The notes beneath the pieces were generated by a model. That model saw only the letters and a list, made by a program, of their open reading frames with translations, made no database searches and was not told the origin of the DNA. Shown here in pieces: positions 1 through 6,392 of a DNA stretch of 64,000 nucleotides (positions are counted from its first letter, which is position 1; every line of letters starts with the position of its first letter). This DNA is from a virus. Position numbers and translations under genes: made by a program. The stretch covers positions 64,001-128,000 of the IMG/VR virus record IMGVR_UViG_3300049893_000724; one strand, given 5' to 3'.

Positions 1-1437
1 TTCAAAGTTTTTAACTTTATAACCAAGATCTATTGATTCATTCAAAAGACTATCTATATAAAATTCCCCATTCACTCTAACATTATTTTTATATAAACTC
101 TCAAGAGATTTCAAATATATTTCTTTATTTCTAAAGAACATAGTTCCAACTACTGCATACTCTTCAATTGGATTTTCCCAAATAAAATCTTTAACATAAA
201 CATTTTTTACATATCCTTGATCATCAACATCTAACCAAGAATACATATTTGGATTATAGAAACTAGTGTAATTTTGTCGATAACTCCAAACAATCACATC
301 ATTATTAATATCTTCAACTAAAGAGAAAAATTTATCAACATCATAAAGCATTCCATTATCACACGCTGATACTAGAATTGAAGAATCTGCATTTACAACT
401 TCAACTAATTTTTCAGTAGTACACGCCTGGCCAGGAAGAACTCCATCAATCCACAAAACCTCTCCTGCTGGATGTGGCGCTGTCTGTTCTCTCAAACAAG
501 CATAGATTGTCCTATCAGTTTTGGGTAAACAGCGAACTGCTTGCTCAAACATATTCCTGCCATTTACGGGAATAAATGGTTTTGGTTGCTCATAACCTTC
601 TTTAGAAAATCTACTACCAGCACCTGCCATAGGAAAAACTAGAGTGCAATTTTCTAGTCTAACTTCTTTCTGACCTTCTAATGCTTTTCTATAATAATTA
701 GACCACTTCAAATACATATCAAGATCTAATGGCGTTCCCCACTGCAGCATATGAGGAACTTCATAAACTAATGATGTTAAATTATTTTTACAGAGGAGAT
801 TATAAATTAAACTTACATAATATTCGCCATTCAAGTTAACATCATCATTCATCATTTCTTGGAAGAATCTTTTAACATATTCTCCTCTTCTAAAGTAATA
901 AGTTCCAGTAGAAGCAAACTCAGACATTTTATCGTCTGTGAATGGTTGCTTTTCGCGGACCTCTAATATCTTATTGTTTTCATCAACCTTACAAAATGCA
1001 TAATTATCACTACCCAACATATGTGGATGAAATCCAGTATAGCAAATTACGCACCCATCACACTGAGTTTCATTTACAAATTTTTCAAAGTCTTGGTAGT
1101 CCCAATACATTGAAAAATCACAGTAATTAATTACAACTTGTTCATCATCTTCAATTTCATCAAAAATGTGAGATACTGTATAAACAGGTCCAAACTTATG
1201 AGATGGGATAACAAAAACTTTTTTGTTCTCACATATATTTTCTAATAAATTTAGAACATCAGTTTCTTCTGAGTTCTTATCATTTACAATGAATATGAAT
1301 TCAGAATCTTTTGGATACAGATCTACAATATGTTGAATTACAGTTTTTCCATCTATTTCTAACAAATACTTTGGCAGTTGATATCCAGCTCTAGAAAATC
1401 TACTGCTCATCCCAGACATGGGAATAATAATTTTCAT
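1..1437 (-). CDS. Tandem-domain sugar-phosphate nucleotidyltransferase (NTP_transferase family); 3' end runs off the window
   Basis: Manual translation from ATG at 1437: MKIIIPMSGMSSRFSRAGYQLPKYLLEIDGKTVIQHIVD. A second domain in the same frame (from ~660) reads LVFPMAGAGSRFSKEGYEQPKPFIPV. Both carry the G-x-G-S-R-F...PK signature. Absent from the ORF track because there is no stop in the window. Confidence 0.8.
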   Translation of the reverse strand, partial: MKIIIPMSGMSSRFSRAGYQLPKYLLEIDGKTVIQHIVDLYPKDSEFIFIVNDKNSEETDVLNLLENICENKKVFVIPSHKFGPVYTVSHIFDEIEDDEQVVINYCDFSMYWDYQDFEKFVNETQCDGCVICYTGFHPHMLGSDNYAFCKVDENNKILEVREKQPFTDDKMSEFASTGTYYFRRGEYVKRFFQEMMNDDVNLNGEYYVSLIYNLLCKNNLTSLVYEVPHMLQWGTPLDLDMYLKWSNYYRKALEGQKEVRLENCTLVFPMAGAGSRFSKEGYEQPKPFIPVNGRNMFEQAVRCLPKTDRTIYACLREQTAPHPAGEVLWIDGVLPGQACTTEKLVEVVNADSSILVSACDNGMLYDVDKFFSLVEDINNDVIVWSYRQNYTSFYNPNMYSWLDVDDQGYVKNVYVKDFIWENPIEEYAVVGTMFFRNKEIYLKSLESLYKNNVRVNGEFYIDSLLNESIDLGYKVKNFE

Positions 1438-1470
1438 AGATAAAATTTTTCTTTATAATATGTATTATAC

Positions 1471-1501
1471 AAAAAAAGAGGAGTTTATACAACTCCTCTT
1501 T
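1471..1501 (-). terminator. Intrinsic terminator
   Basis: Minus strand AAAGAGGAG-TTGTATAA-ACTCCTCTTTTTTT: hairpin plus U-tract. Confidence 0.7.
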
Positions 1502-1505
1502 GAAA

Positions 1506-1675
1506 TTCAGGCTCGCCACTTGTTCTTTAACTGGAAACAAGAAACCAGGCGGGGTTGCCCCATCCGCACCACTTGCTCTTGAGAGAAGCAAGAAACTCAT
1601 AGGGGTCATTTTGACTCCACCACTTGATTTTAAGAAACCAAGAAAAGTTGGGATAGTTTTGATATCTCGGAAATA
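1506..1675 (-). ncRNA. Cyanophage structured RNA of manA/wcaG type (most like manA)
   Basis: Three repeated units TTTCTTG...CAAGTGG(T/C)G on the minus strand, upstream of a sugar-nucleotide gene. Resembles recalled cyanophage manA/wcaG motifs; family assignment not verified. Confidence 0.6.
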
Positions 1676-1857
1676 CCAAAGAACGCGCACAAGAATAGCA
1701 CATCCCAAAGTTTAAGTTTGATTGCAAAAGGTACTGTGAGTAAACCTCCAATACATTTTAACAACAAACCATTTTTAAAATCTCCCCATAGCATGATTTG
1801 GTAACCAATAACGAGAAGAATATTTCCAATCCACCGAAGTAAATCAGATTTTGCCAT
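1630..1857 (-). CDS. Small multi-pass membrane protein
   Basis: 75-aa hydrophobic ORF in gene-strand orientation; its 3' end overlaps the RNA motif. Confidence 0.6.
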   Translation of the reverse strand: MAKSDLLRWIGNILLVIGYQIMLWGDFKNGLLLKCIGGLLTVPFAIKLKLWDVLFLCAFFGISEISKLSQLFLVS

Positions 1858-1883
1858 AAGGGGTTTGCTCCCGACCAGTGCTG

Positions 1884-2129
1884 TTATAGACCATCCGTGT
1901 CTTCATCATCTCGTACATAACAAGGAACTCTATCTGGATCTAACCATTTCGCATATTCAATATCCTCCATTGCAGTAGAACATTGTAGAACATTATCAAA
2001 AAGATAAATGTCATTCCAGCGTTTGGTGTATTCGTTTTGCTTTTGCATACGGTAATCAGGTTTACCGTTGATTTCAAGGATACCTGCTTCAACAAAACGG
2101 TATCCTTCACGTTCCAGAAGAACTTTCAT
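1884..2129 (-). CDS. Hypothetical protein
   Basis: 81-aa ORF, start overlaps the upstream stop (TAATG). Confidence 0.7.
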   Translation of the reverse strand: MKVLLEREGYRFVEAGILEINGKPDYRMQKQNEYTKRWNDIYLFDNVLQCSTAMEDIEYAKWLDPDRVPCYVRDDEDTDGL

Positions 2130-2341
2130 TATGCCTCAACTGTTTCAAGATCACTAGCGACGTATTCCATAAGCATCTCATAATCATCCAGAGGATCACC
2201 AGAAAATACTACACCTTCGTTCTCATAGTACCGACGAACCTTTTTGTAGAGTTTCGGATTCTTTACATCAAGGTAGAACTCGCCATTTGCGGCACCACGA
2301 AGGGTTTGAACGTCTTTCTTGAATTTTGCTGTGAGAGTCAT
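2129..2341 (-). CDS. Hypothetical protein
   Basis: 70-aa ORF directly downstream of a sigma70-type promoter. Confidence 0.7.
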   Translation of the reverse strand: MTLTAKFKKDVQTLRGAANGEFYLDVKNPKLYKKVRRYYENEGVVFSGDPLDDYEMLMEYVASDLETVEA

Positions 2342-2363
2342 TGTTTTGAATGTTGACCTTAGT

Positions 2364-2393
2364 ATTATAAGGGTTTGACAGGGTTTCTGTCAA
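2364..2393 (-). promoter_or_regulatory. Sigma70-like early promoter with internal palindrome
   Basis: TTGACA-18nt-TATAAT; the -35 box is one arm of TTGACA-N7-TGTCAA. Confidence 0.7.
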
Positions 2394-2394
2394 G

Positions 2395-2467
2395 TGCTCC
2401 CTGCGAGGATCGAACTCGCCTATATCCGATTATGAGTCGGGTGCTTTCACCAGATAGCTAAAGGAGC
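2395..2467 (-). tRNA. tRNA with CAT anticodon (likely Ile2/lysidine type; elongator Met possible)
   Basis: GCTCCTTTAGCTATCTGGTGAAAGCACCCGACTCATAATCGGATATAGGCGAGTTCGATCCTCGCAGGGAGCA; anticodon arm CGACTCATAATCG is as in bacterial Ile2. Confidence 0.85.
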
Positions 2468-2471
2468 AAGG

Positions 2472-2543
2472 TAGGACCGCAGAGAATTGAACTCCGTTCA
2501 CACCGTTATAAGCAGTGGGCCTTAACCAATAGGCGACGATCCC
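2472..2543 (-). tRNA. tRNA-Ile(TAT)
   Basis: Cloverleaf GGGATCG...CGGTCCTA; anticodon arm CACTG-CTTATAA-CGGTG; T loop GTTCAATT. Confidence 0.85.
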
Positions 2544-2551
2544 TTGCTAAA

Positions 2552-2782
2552 TTATGAACCTTCTTCGTGGTCAGTGTGAAGACGTATAAGTTCGTCATCC
2601 ACAACTGAATCCACTGCAAGTTTTATAGTTTCATTATAAGGGACTATTACTGCGTTCCTTTCTCCGTCTGTTATGATAAATGATTCTCCATTCTCAACTC
2701 TTTCTATCAGAGTATCAAAATTTGCTTGAAACTCTTCGACTGTAAATTTTTGGAGGTCCGTAATTTCTGGATACATTTTCAT
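2552..2782 (-). CDS. Phd/YefM antitoxin-like small protein
   Basis: FTVEEFQANFDTLIERVENGESFIITDGERNAVIVPY matches the Phd/YefM N-terminal pattern. Start moved to 2782 because the longer ORF overlaps tRNA-Pro. Confidence 0.55.
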   Translation of the reverse strand: MKMYPEITDLQKFTVEEFQANFDTLIERVENGESFIITDGERNAVIVPYNETIKLAVDSVVDDELIRLHTDHEEGS

Positions 2783-2799
2783 AAAGTGAAGTTTATGAG

Positions 2800-2873
2800 T
2801 CGGAATGACAGGATTCGAACCTGCGACATCTCGCTCCCAAAGCGAGTGCTCTACCAAACTGAGCTACATTCCG
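2800..2873 (-). tRNA. tRNA-Pro(TGG)
   Basis: CGGAATGTAGCTCAGTTTGGTAGAGCACTCGCTTTGGGAGCGAG...GTTCGAATCCTGTCATTCCGA. Confidence 0.95.
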
Positions 2874-2885
2874 TTATCTTTTAGT

Positions 2886-2914
2886 ATAATAGCACTCGGT
2901 CTTTACGCTGTCAA
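2886..2914 (-). promoter_or_regulatory. Sigma70-like promoter for tRNA-Pro
   Basis: TTGACA-17nt-TATTAT. Confidence 0.6.
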
Positions 2915-2916
2915 GT

Positions 2917-3033
2917 CTATTCTTTTGTATTATGTATGAAAGCAATTCCCATAATGGGTAGAACAATAATACCAAATCCACAAGCACCTAACCAAATAGG
3001 ACTTGCTGCTAAAACTTCTACTAAGTGCAACAT
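2917..3033 (-). CDS. 38-aa membrane microprotein
   Basis: Manual translation MLHLVEVLAASPIWLGACGFGIIVLPIMGIAFIHNTKE*; start overlaps the upstream stop. Confidence 0.55.
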   Translation of the reverse strand: MLHLVEVLAASPIWLGACGFGIIVLPIMGIAFIHNTKE

Positions 3034-3227
3034 TAGTATCCTCTCCAGGTTTTAAATTCGTGGTAAAAATATTGATCTACTGTATTATCCAGTGGGGCAT
3101 TATCTTCCCTATGTGCCCATTCTACACAAAATTCTACAATACGTCTATCGTGAAGTGAAGTGTGTCCCCACATTCTCACAAATGCTGATGCAGCAAAGTG
3201 GTATCTTTGTTTAGTGTGCGGTTCCAT
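3033..3227 (-). CDS. Hypothetical protein
   Basis: ORF track 3033..3251; likely start at MEPHTKQRY (3227). Confidence 0.6.
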   Translation of the reverse strand: MEPHTKQRYHFAASAFVRMWGHTSLHDRRIVEFCVEWAHREDNAPLDNTVDQYFYHEFKTWRGY

Positions 3228-3333
3228 TTCCCTTATAATCTTTGGAGTCATAGTATCCTCCTCGTGTTCCGAAATAGAGTGTTGCTAAAACAAAAGGAAC
3301 TGAAGCAAATAACAATAGTTTTCCCAATAACAT
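3211..3333 (-). CDS. 40-aa membrane microprotein
   Basis: MLLGKLLLFASVPFVLATLYFGTRGGYYDSKDYKGNGTAH*; ATG overlaps the PTOX stop (TGATG). Confidence 0.6.
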   Translation of the reverse strand: MLLGKLLLFASVPFVLATLYFGTRGGYYDSKDYKGNGTAH

Positions 3334-3833
3334 CAGACCATCTCCATTGCTCTTGAGAGTTCAATATAATGGTTCATCTCATCCACTGCGATCTCAGCGA
3401 TCTTGGTGTCCTCCTGATGGTCCCACAAGTAGTTGATATAAGTTTCGGTTGCGTGAAACTCAATCCCAGCATTCAAGTGATAAGCAGAAACGGGAGCAAT
3501 AAAATAATAACCCACCAAAATCCAATAATAGATGAGAACCAAATGATAAGCGAAAAAGCGATCAATCCAGCGATCTGCTCCGCCACGATGCTCCATTTCA
3601 ATAAGGTGTTCCGTTTCATTTAAGGTCTGTGCAAAGTGTTCTTTCATCAAATAATAATGAGATAAGTCTCTGAGTCCTAGTGATTCTTTGAGATGAAGCA
3701 CACTTACAAAAGCAAAGTAAGGTGCTCTGGCAATGGTCTCTAAAACCCAGAACCTTTGAATAGGAAAGTCACGATACAGAAAGTCAATGATTGATATCGT
3801 GACTGTTAGTATTGTATCGTTAAACTTTTTCAT
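3333..3833 (-). CDS. ptox: Plastoquinol terminal oxidase (alternative oxidase family), short phage form
   Basis: FWVLETIARAPYFAFVSVLHL...NETEHL...E(F)HATETY...DEMNH di-iron carboxylate motifs. Confidence 0.9.
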   Translation of the reverse strand: MKKFNDTILTVTISIIDFLYRDFPIQRFWVLETIARAPYFAFVSVLHLKESLGLRDLSHYYLMKEHFAQTLNETEHLIEMEHRGGADRWIDRFFAYHLVLIYYWILVGYYFIAPVSAYHLNAGIEFHATETYINYLWDHQEDTKIAEIAVDEMNHYIELSRAMEMV

Positions 3834-3919
3834 TGTGGATATGCGTGATTAAGTCCCCAGATAATAAAAAGTCCAATCGCACCAAAAAGTGTCATTGCTG
3901 TGTAGATAGTTTTACTCAT
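3830..3919 (-). CDS. 29-aa single-TM microprotein
   Basis: MSKTIYTAMTLFGAIGLFIIWGLNHAYPQ*; ATGA coupling with the PTOX start. Confidence 0.5.
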   Translation of the reverse strand: MSKTIYTAMTLFGAIGLFIIWGLNHAYPQ

Positions 3920-4202
3920 CTTCTTCGTCCTCGTAAGTAGATGGTTCTTCGAATAGTTCGTCTATCTTTTGTTGTAAAACTCTGCGTTGTAGTTGTTCGA
4001 TATCTTCTTCGGTGATTCTTAACACTAGTAACGGGTCTCCTGGTTTAACGTCGTTTAACTCTGGATGTTTTACTTTTGGACTTTTAGAATACCCATATTG
4101 AGCATTCATAATCATCCAACCTTGCACAATCATTGAGAGTGCGATACCCACAAGTACAAACCAAGGAACTAAAAATATTAGTGGAGTGTAATGTTGAGCC
4201 AT
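3912..4202 (-). CDS. Membrane-anchored protein, DUF2973-like
   Basis: N-terminal TM helix then KVKHPELNDVKPGDPLLV, similar to recalled cyanobacterial DUF2973. Confidence 0.55.
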   Translation of the reverse strand: MAQHYTPLIFLVPWFVLVGIALSMIVQGWMIMNAQYGYSKSPKVKHPELNDVKPGDPLLVLRITEEDIEQLQRRVLQQKIDELFEEPSTYEDEEDE

Positions 4203-4381
4203 GGGAACACAGGTGGAATGACCCCTATGAGTCTTAGTAATCCCTCAGCAAATAAAGCAAGAACCACCCAACCGACGCACATACTAATGATAGAAGCATT
4301 ACGGTTGTGTCTTCTGATAGCATCATCGATCATCTCCTGAACTTCAGAACGTGTAATAAACTCTTCTTGTTCGTGCATCAT
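4178..4381 (-). CDS. Small membrane protein
   Basis: 67-aa ORF with a C-terminal hydrophobic helix; coupled to neighbours. Confidence 0.6.
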   Translation of the reverse strand: MMHEQEEFITRSEVQEMIDDAIRRHNRNASIISMCVGWVVLALFAEGLLRLIGVIPPVFPWLNITLH

Positions 4382-4527
4382 TTCTCGTCTCCAAGAAATT
4401 TTGCGAGAGGATCTCTTTTGGTTTTTAAAATTTCACACGCTCTATAGTAAAACATATTGTTGGTGTTGCCAGAAGCTTCAAAAGTTGCCTTGATCTTCAC
4501 CCAGTTATCATAGGTGTGTTGATCCAT
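4378..4527 (-). CDS. 49-aa hypothetical protein
   Basis: MDQHTYDNWVKIKATFEASGNTNNMFYYRACEILKTKRDPLAKFLGDEK*; ATGA overlap with the next gene. Confidence 0.6.
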   Translation of the reverse strand: MDQHTYDNWVKIKATFEASGNTNNMFYYRACEILKTKRDPLAKFLGDEK

Positions 4528-4641
4528 GAGGTTTATACTTGTGATACTACTATATACTAGTCACAAGTATTTCACAGTCAACATTTTGTGTTCATTACGT
4601 AACACTGTTGAAGAAAATGTTAAATTTGTAACTTATCTAAA

Positions 4642-4726
4642 CGGAAAGGGTGGGATTCGAACCCACGGATGCTTTCACATCGCTAGTTTTCAAGACTAGA
4701 GCCTTCAACCACTCGACCACCTTTCC
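4642..4726 (-). tRNA. tRNA-Ser(TGA)
   Basis: GGAAAGGTGGTCGAGTGGTTGAAGGCTCTAGTCTTGAAAACTAG + long variable arm + GTTCGAATCC. Confidence 0.95.
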
Positions 4727-4737
4727 AGTGGGGAGGT

Positions 4738-4989
4738 TCAGCGAACCTCAAAGTCCAAACGCTTTACTTTGCGTTGGCGTCTTGCCTCTTGCCAGGCAAT
4801 ATCTTGTGAAGAGAGAACATTGGTTTTTTGTTCTTTCTGAATAGAGTTTAGCATTACAACTCGTGATAAGTCAACTGCGGAAATCTTATCACCACGAATT
4901 GTTGCCATATTTGGACAACCACAAGTGATTGTTTTCGTTGGGTGTCCAGTAAGTTCTTTATTGCAATCTTTGCATCTTATTGAAATCAT
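4738..4989 (-). CDS. Zn-ribbon hypothetical protein
   Basis: CKDC...CGC motif, 83 aa. Confidence 0.65.
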   Translation of the reverse strand: MISIRCKDCNKELTGHPTKTITCGCPNMATIRGDKISAVDLSRVVMLNSIQKEQKTNVLSSQDIAWQEARRQRKVKRLDFEVR

Positions 4990-5004
4990 TGTTCTTCATC
5001 CTAC

Positions 5005-5439
5005 TCATTGTAAATGAGATCTTAACTGCCAAACAAATTTACCGTGAGACTCCATTAAATCTTGAACTAGATTTGCAGTTGCGTATTGCTTTTGCCCTTC
5101 AGACTCTTCTGAAATCTCCTGCATTAGTTCACAAAACTTTTCGTTGTTCTCAAGCAGTTCCTGAAGCATTTCTTTTGCTCCTGTTGAACTTGCTGCTTCT
5201 TTAATCTGAGTAACCTCAAGCATTCTTGAAAGAGAACTGAGAGGTTTTACATTCAGATAACGCATATGTTCTGAGAGACGATCAATCTCTTCAAACATAG
5301 TTTCGTACTGTCCACCAAAGAGTTGATGAAGTTGAGTGAAATCTTCACCAACTACATTCCAATGAAATGCCCAAGTTTTATGAAACAAAACAAAAAGTGA
5401 TGACTGAGCATCACTCAAGAGTTTAAATAGTTTTTCCAT
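5005..5439 (-). CDS. dps: Dps / ferritin-like DNA-protection protein
   Basis: HWNVVGEDFTQLHQLFGGQYETMFEEIDRLSEHMRYL ferroxidase signature; C-terminal HGKFVWQL. Confidence 0.85.
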   Translation of the reverse strand: MEKLFKLLSDAQSSLFVLFHKTWAFHWNVVGEDFTQLHQLFGGQYETMFEEIDRLSEHMRYLNVKPLSSLSRMLEVTQIKEAASSTGAKEMLQELLENNEKFCELMQEISEESEGQKQYATANLVQDLMESHGKFVWQLRSHLQ

Positions 5440-5467
5440 TATACTCTTTTTTTAAATATTTATCAAG

Positions 5468-5539
5468 TGGGCGATGACGGATTCGAACCGCCGACCAATT
5501 GCGTGTAAAGCAACTGCGCTACCGCTGCGCTAATCGCCC
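5468..5539 (-). tRNA. tRNA-Val(TAC)
   Basis: GGGCGATTAGCGCAGCGGTAGCGCAGTTGCTTTACACGCAAT...GTTCGAATCCGTCATCGCCCA. Confidence 0.95.
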
Positions 5540-5543
5540 GTGT

Positions 5544-5647
5544 TATGTTTCCAGTAGCCACTCTTATCTCCCATAAGGAAGATGTAGGCATCGAACCTAC
5601 AAAGGACAGTCTCTAACGAAACCGCTGGGAATTCCACCCAGAACATA
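5544..5647 (-). ncRNA. Candidate tRNA-like multi-hairpin RNA of unknown family
   Basis: Closing stem TATGTT/AACATA enclosing four hairpins, one a T-arm GTAGG-TTCGATG-CCTAC; no normal cloverleaf. Confidence 0.5.
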
Positions 5648-5672
5648 GTTGGAAGAACCAAAGTACTTCCAA

Positions 5673-5744
5673 CTCCCCCTCCTGGATTCGAACCAGGGAC
5701 CAAATGATTAACAGTCATCTGCGCTACCGCTGCGCCAAGGAGGA
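5673..5744 (-). tRNA. tRNA-Asn(GTT)
   Basis: TCCTCCTTGGCGCAGCGGTAGCGCAGATGACTGTTAATCAT...GTTCGAATCCAGGAGGGGGAG. Confidence 0.95.
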
Positions 5745-5832
5745 ATGAGGAGAAGGAGTGCTCTTGGGCGAACCCGCAGGATCACTTCTCCTATTGGCGT
5801 CTTTCTAGGCTATCTGCCTAGCGACTACCAAG

Positions 5833-5903
5833 AGCGGGTAACCGGGTTCGAACCGGTGATTCCAACTTGGAAGGATGGCGTGTTACCGCTACACCATACC
5901 CGC
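5833..5903 (-). tRNA. tRNA-Gly(TCC)
   Basis: GCGGGTATGGTGTAGCGGTAACACGCCATCCTTCCAAGTTGGAATCACCGGTTCGAACCCGGTTACCCGCT. Confidence 0.95.
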
Positions 5904-5947
5904 AGGTGAGAAACATAGAGGGGTGGTGGTGTCTCTACGTTTCTCAT

Positions 5948-5982
5948 ATGACAATTATAAGGTGTGGATTTATAATTGTCAA
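5948..5982. promoter_or_regulatory. Palindromic, overlapping bidirectional sigma70-like promoter pair
   Basis: Minus: TTGACA(5982-5977)-17-TATAAT(5959-5954). Plus: ATGACA(5948-5953)-17-TATAAT(5971-5976). 12-bp perfect inverted repeat. Confidence 0.6.
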
Positions 5983-5983
5983 G

Positions 5984-6065
5984 TGTCGATGAAAGGACTT
6001 GAACCTTCACAGAATACTCTACTGGAACCTAAACCCAGCGCGTCTACCAATTCCGCCACATCGAC
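5984..6065 (-). tRNA. tRNA-Leu(TAG)
   Basis: GTCGATGTGGCGGAATTGGTAGACGCGCTGGGTTTAGGTTCCAG + variable arm + GTTCAAGTCC. Confidence 0.95.
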
Positions 6066-6367
6066 TAATTACGAAGTTCTACGTGAACCTCACGATGACA
6101 GTTAGCACAAAGTATAGAACACTTGTCTAACTCTGCTTGTATTTTTTTCCAACTCCAAAGTCGCATCTTAGTCCAAGATGCTTCTTTTTCTATTGGATTA
6201 AGATGGTGAAATTCTAAAACATCTGGATACTTATCATATCCACATCTTTCACATTTTCCACCTTTGTATTCTACGGCATCAAGTTTTCTTTGACGCCATC
6301 TTTGAATACAATACTGATTGAAGGCAGATTTCTCTTCCTCCGTCATCAGTTTATATGGTTTACTCAT
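6065..6367 (-). CDS. Free-standing HNH endonuclease
   Basis: CERCGY...LEFHHLNP...LCANCHREVH (Zn-finger HNH). Confidence 0.85.
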   Translation of the reverse strand: MSKPYKLMTEEEKSAFNQYCIQRWRQRKLDAVEYKGGKCERCGYDKYPDVLEFHHLNPIEKEASWTKMRLWSWKKIQAELDKCSILCANCHREVHVELRN

Positions 6368-6392
6368 TAGATTAGAATGTATAAGTCTAATC

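Noticed and set aside
3830-3919. petN (cytochrome b6f subunit) assignment for the 29-aa ORF
   Set aside because: Only size and a C-terminal WG.N resemble PetN; not enough similarity to name it
4588-4605. NtcA box upstream of the PTOX operon
   Set aside because: Pattern is GTT-N8-AAC, not the canonical GTA-N8-TAC; kept only as an unexplained palindrome
5544-5647. Degenerate tRNA or intron-containing tRNA call
   Set aside because: Arm order and spacing do not fit a cloverleaf and no 7-nt anticodon loop is in the right position; reported instead as a candidate ncRNA
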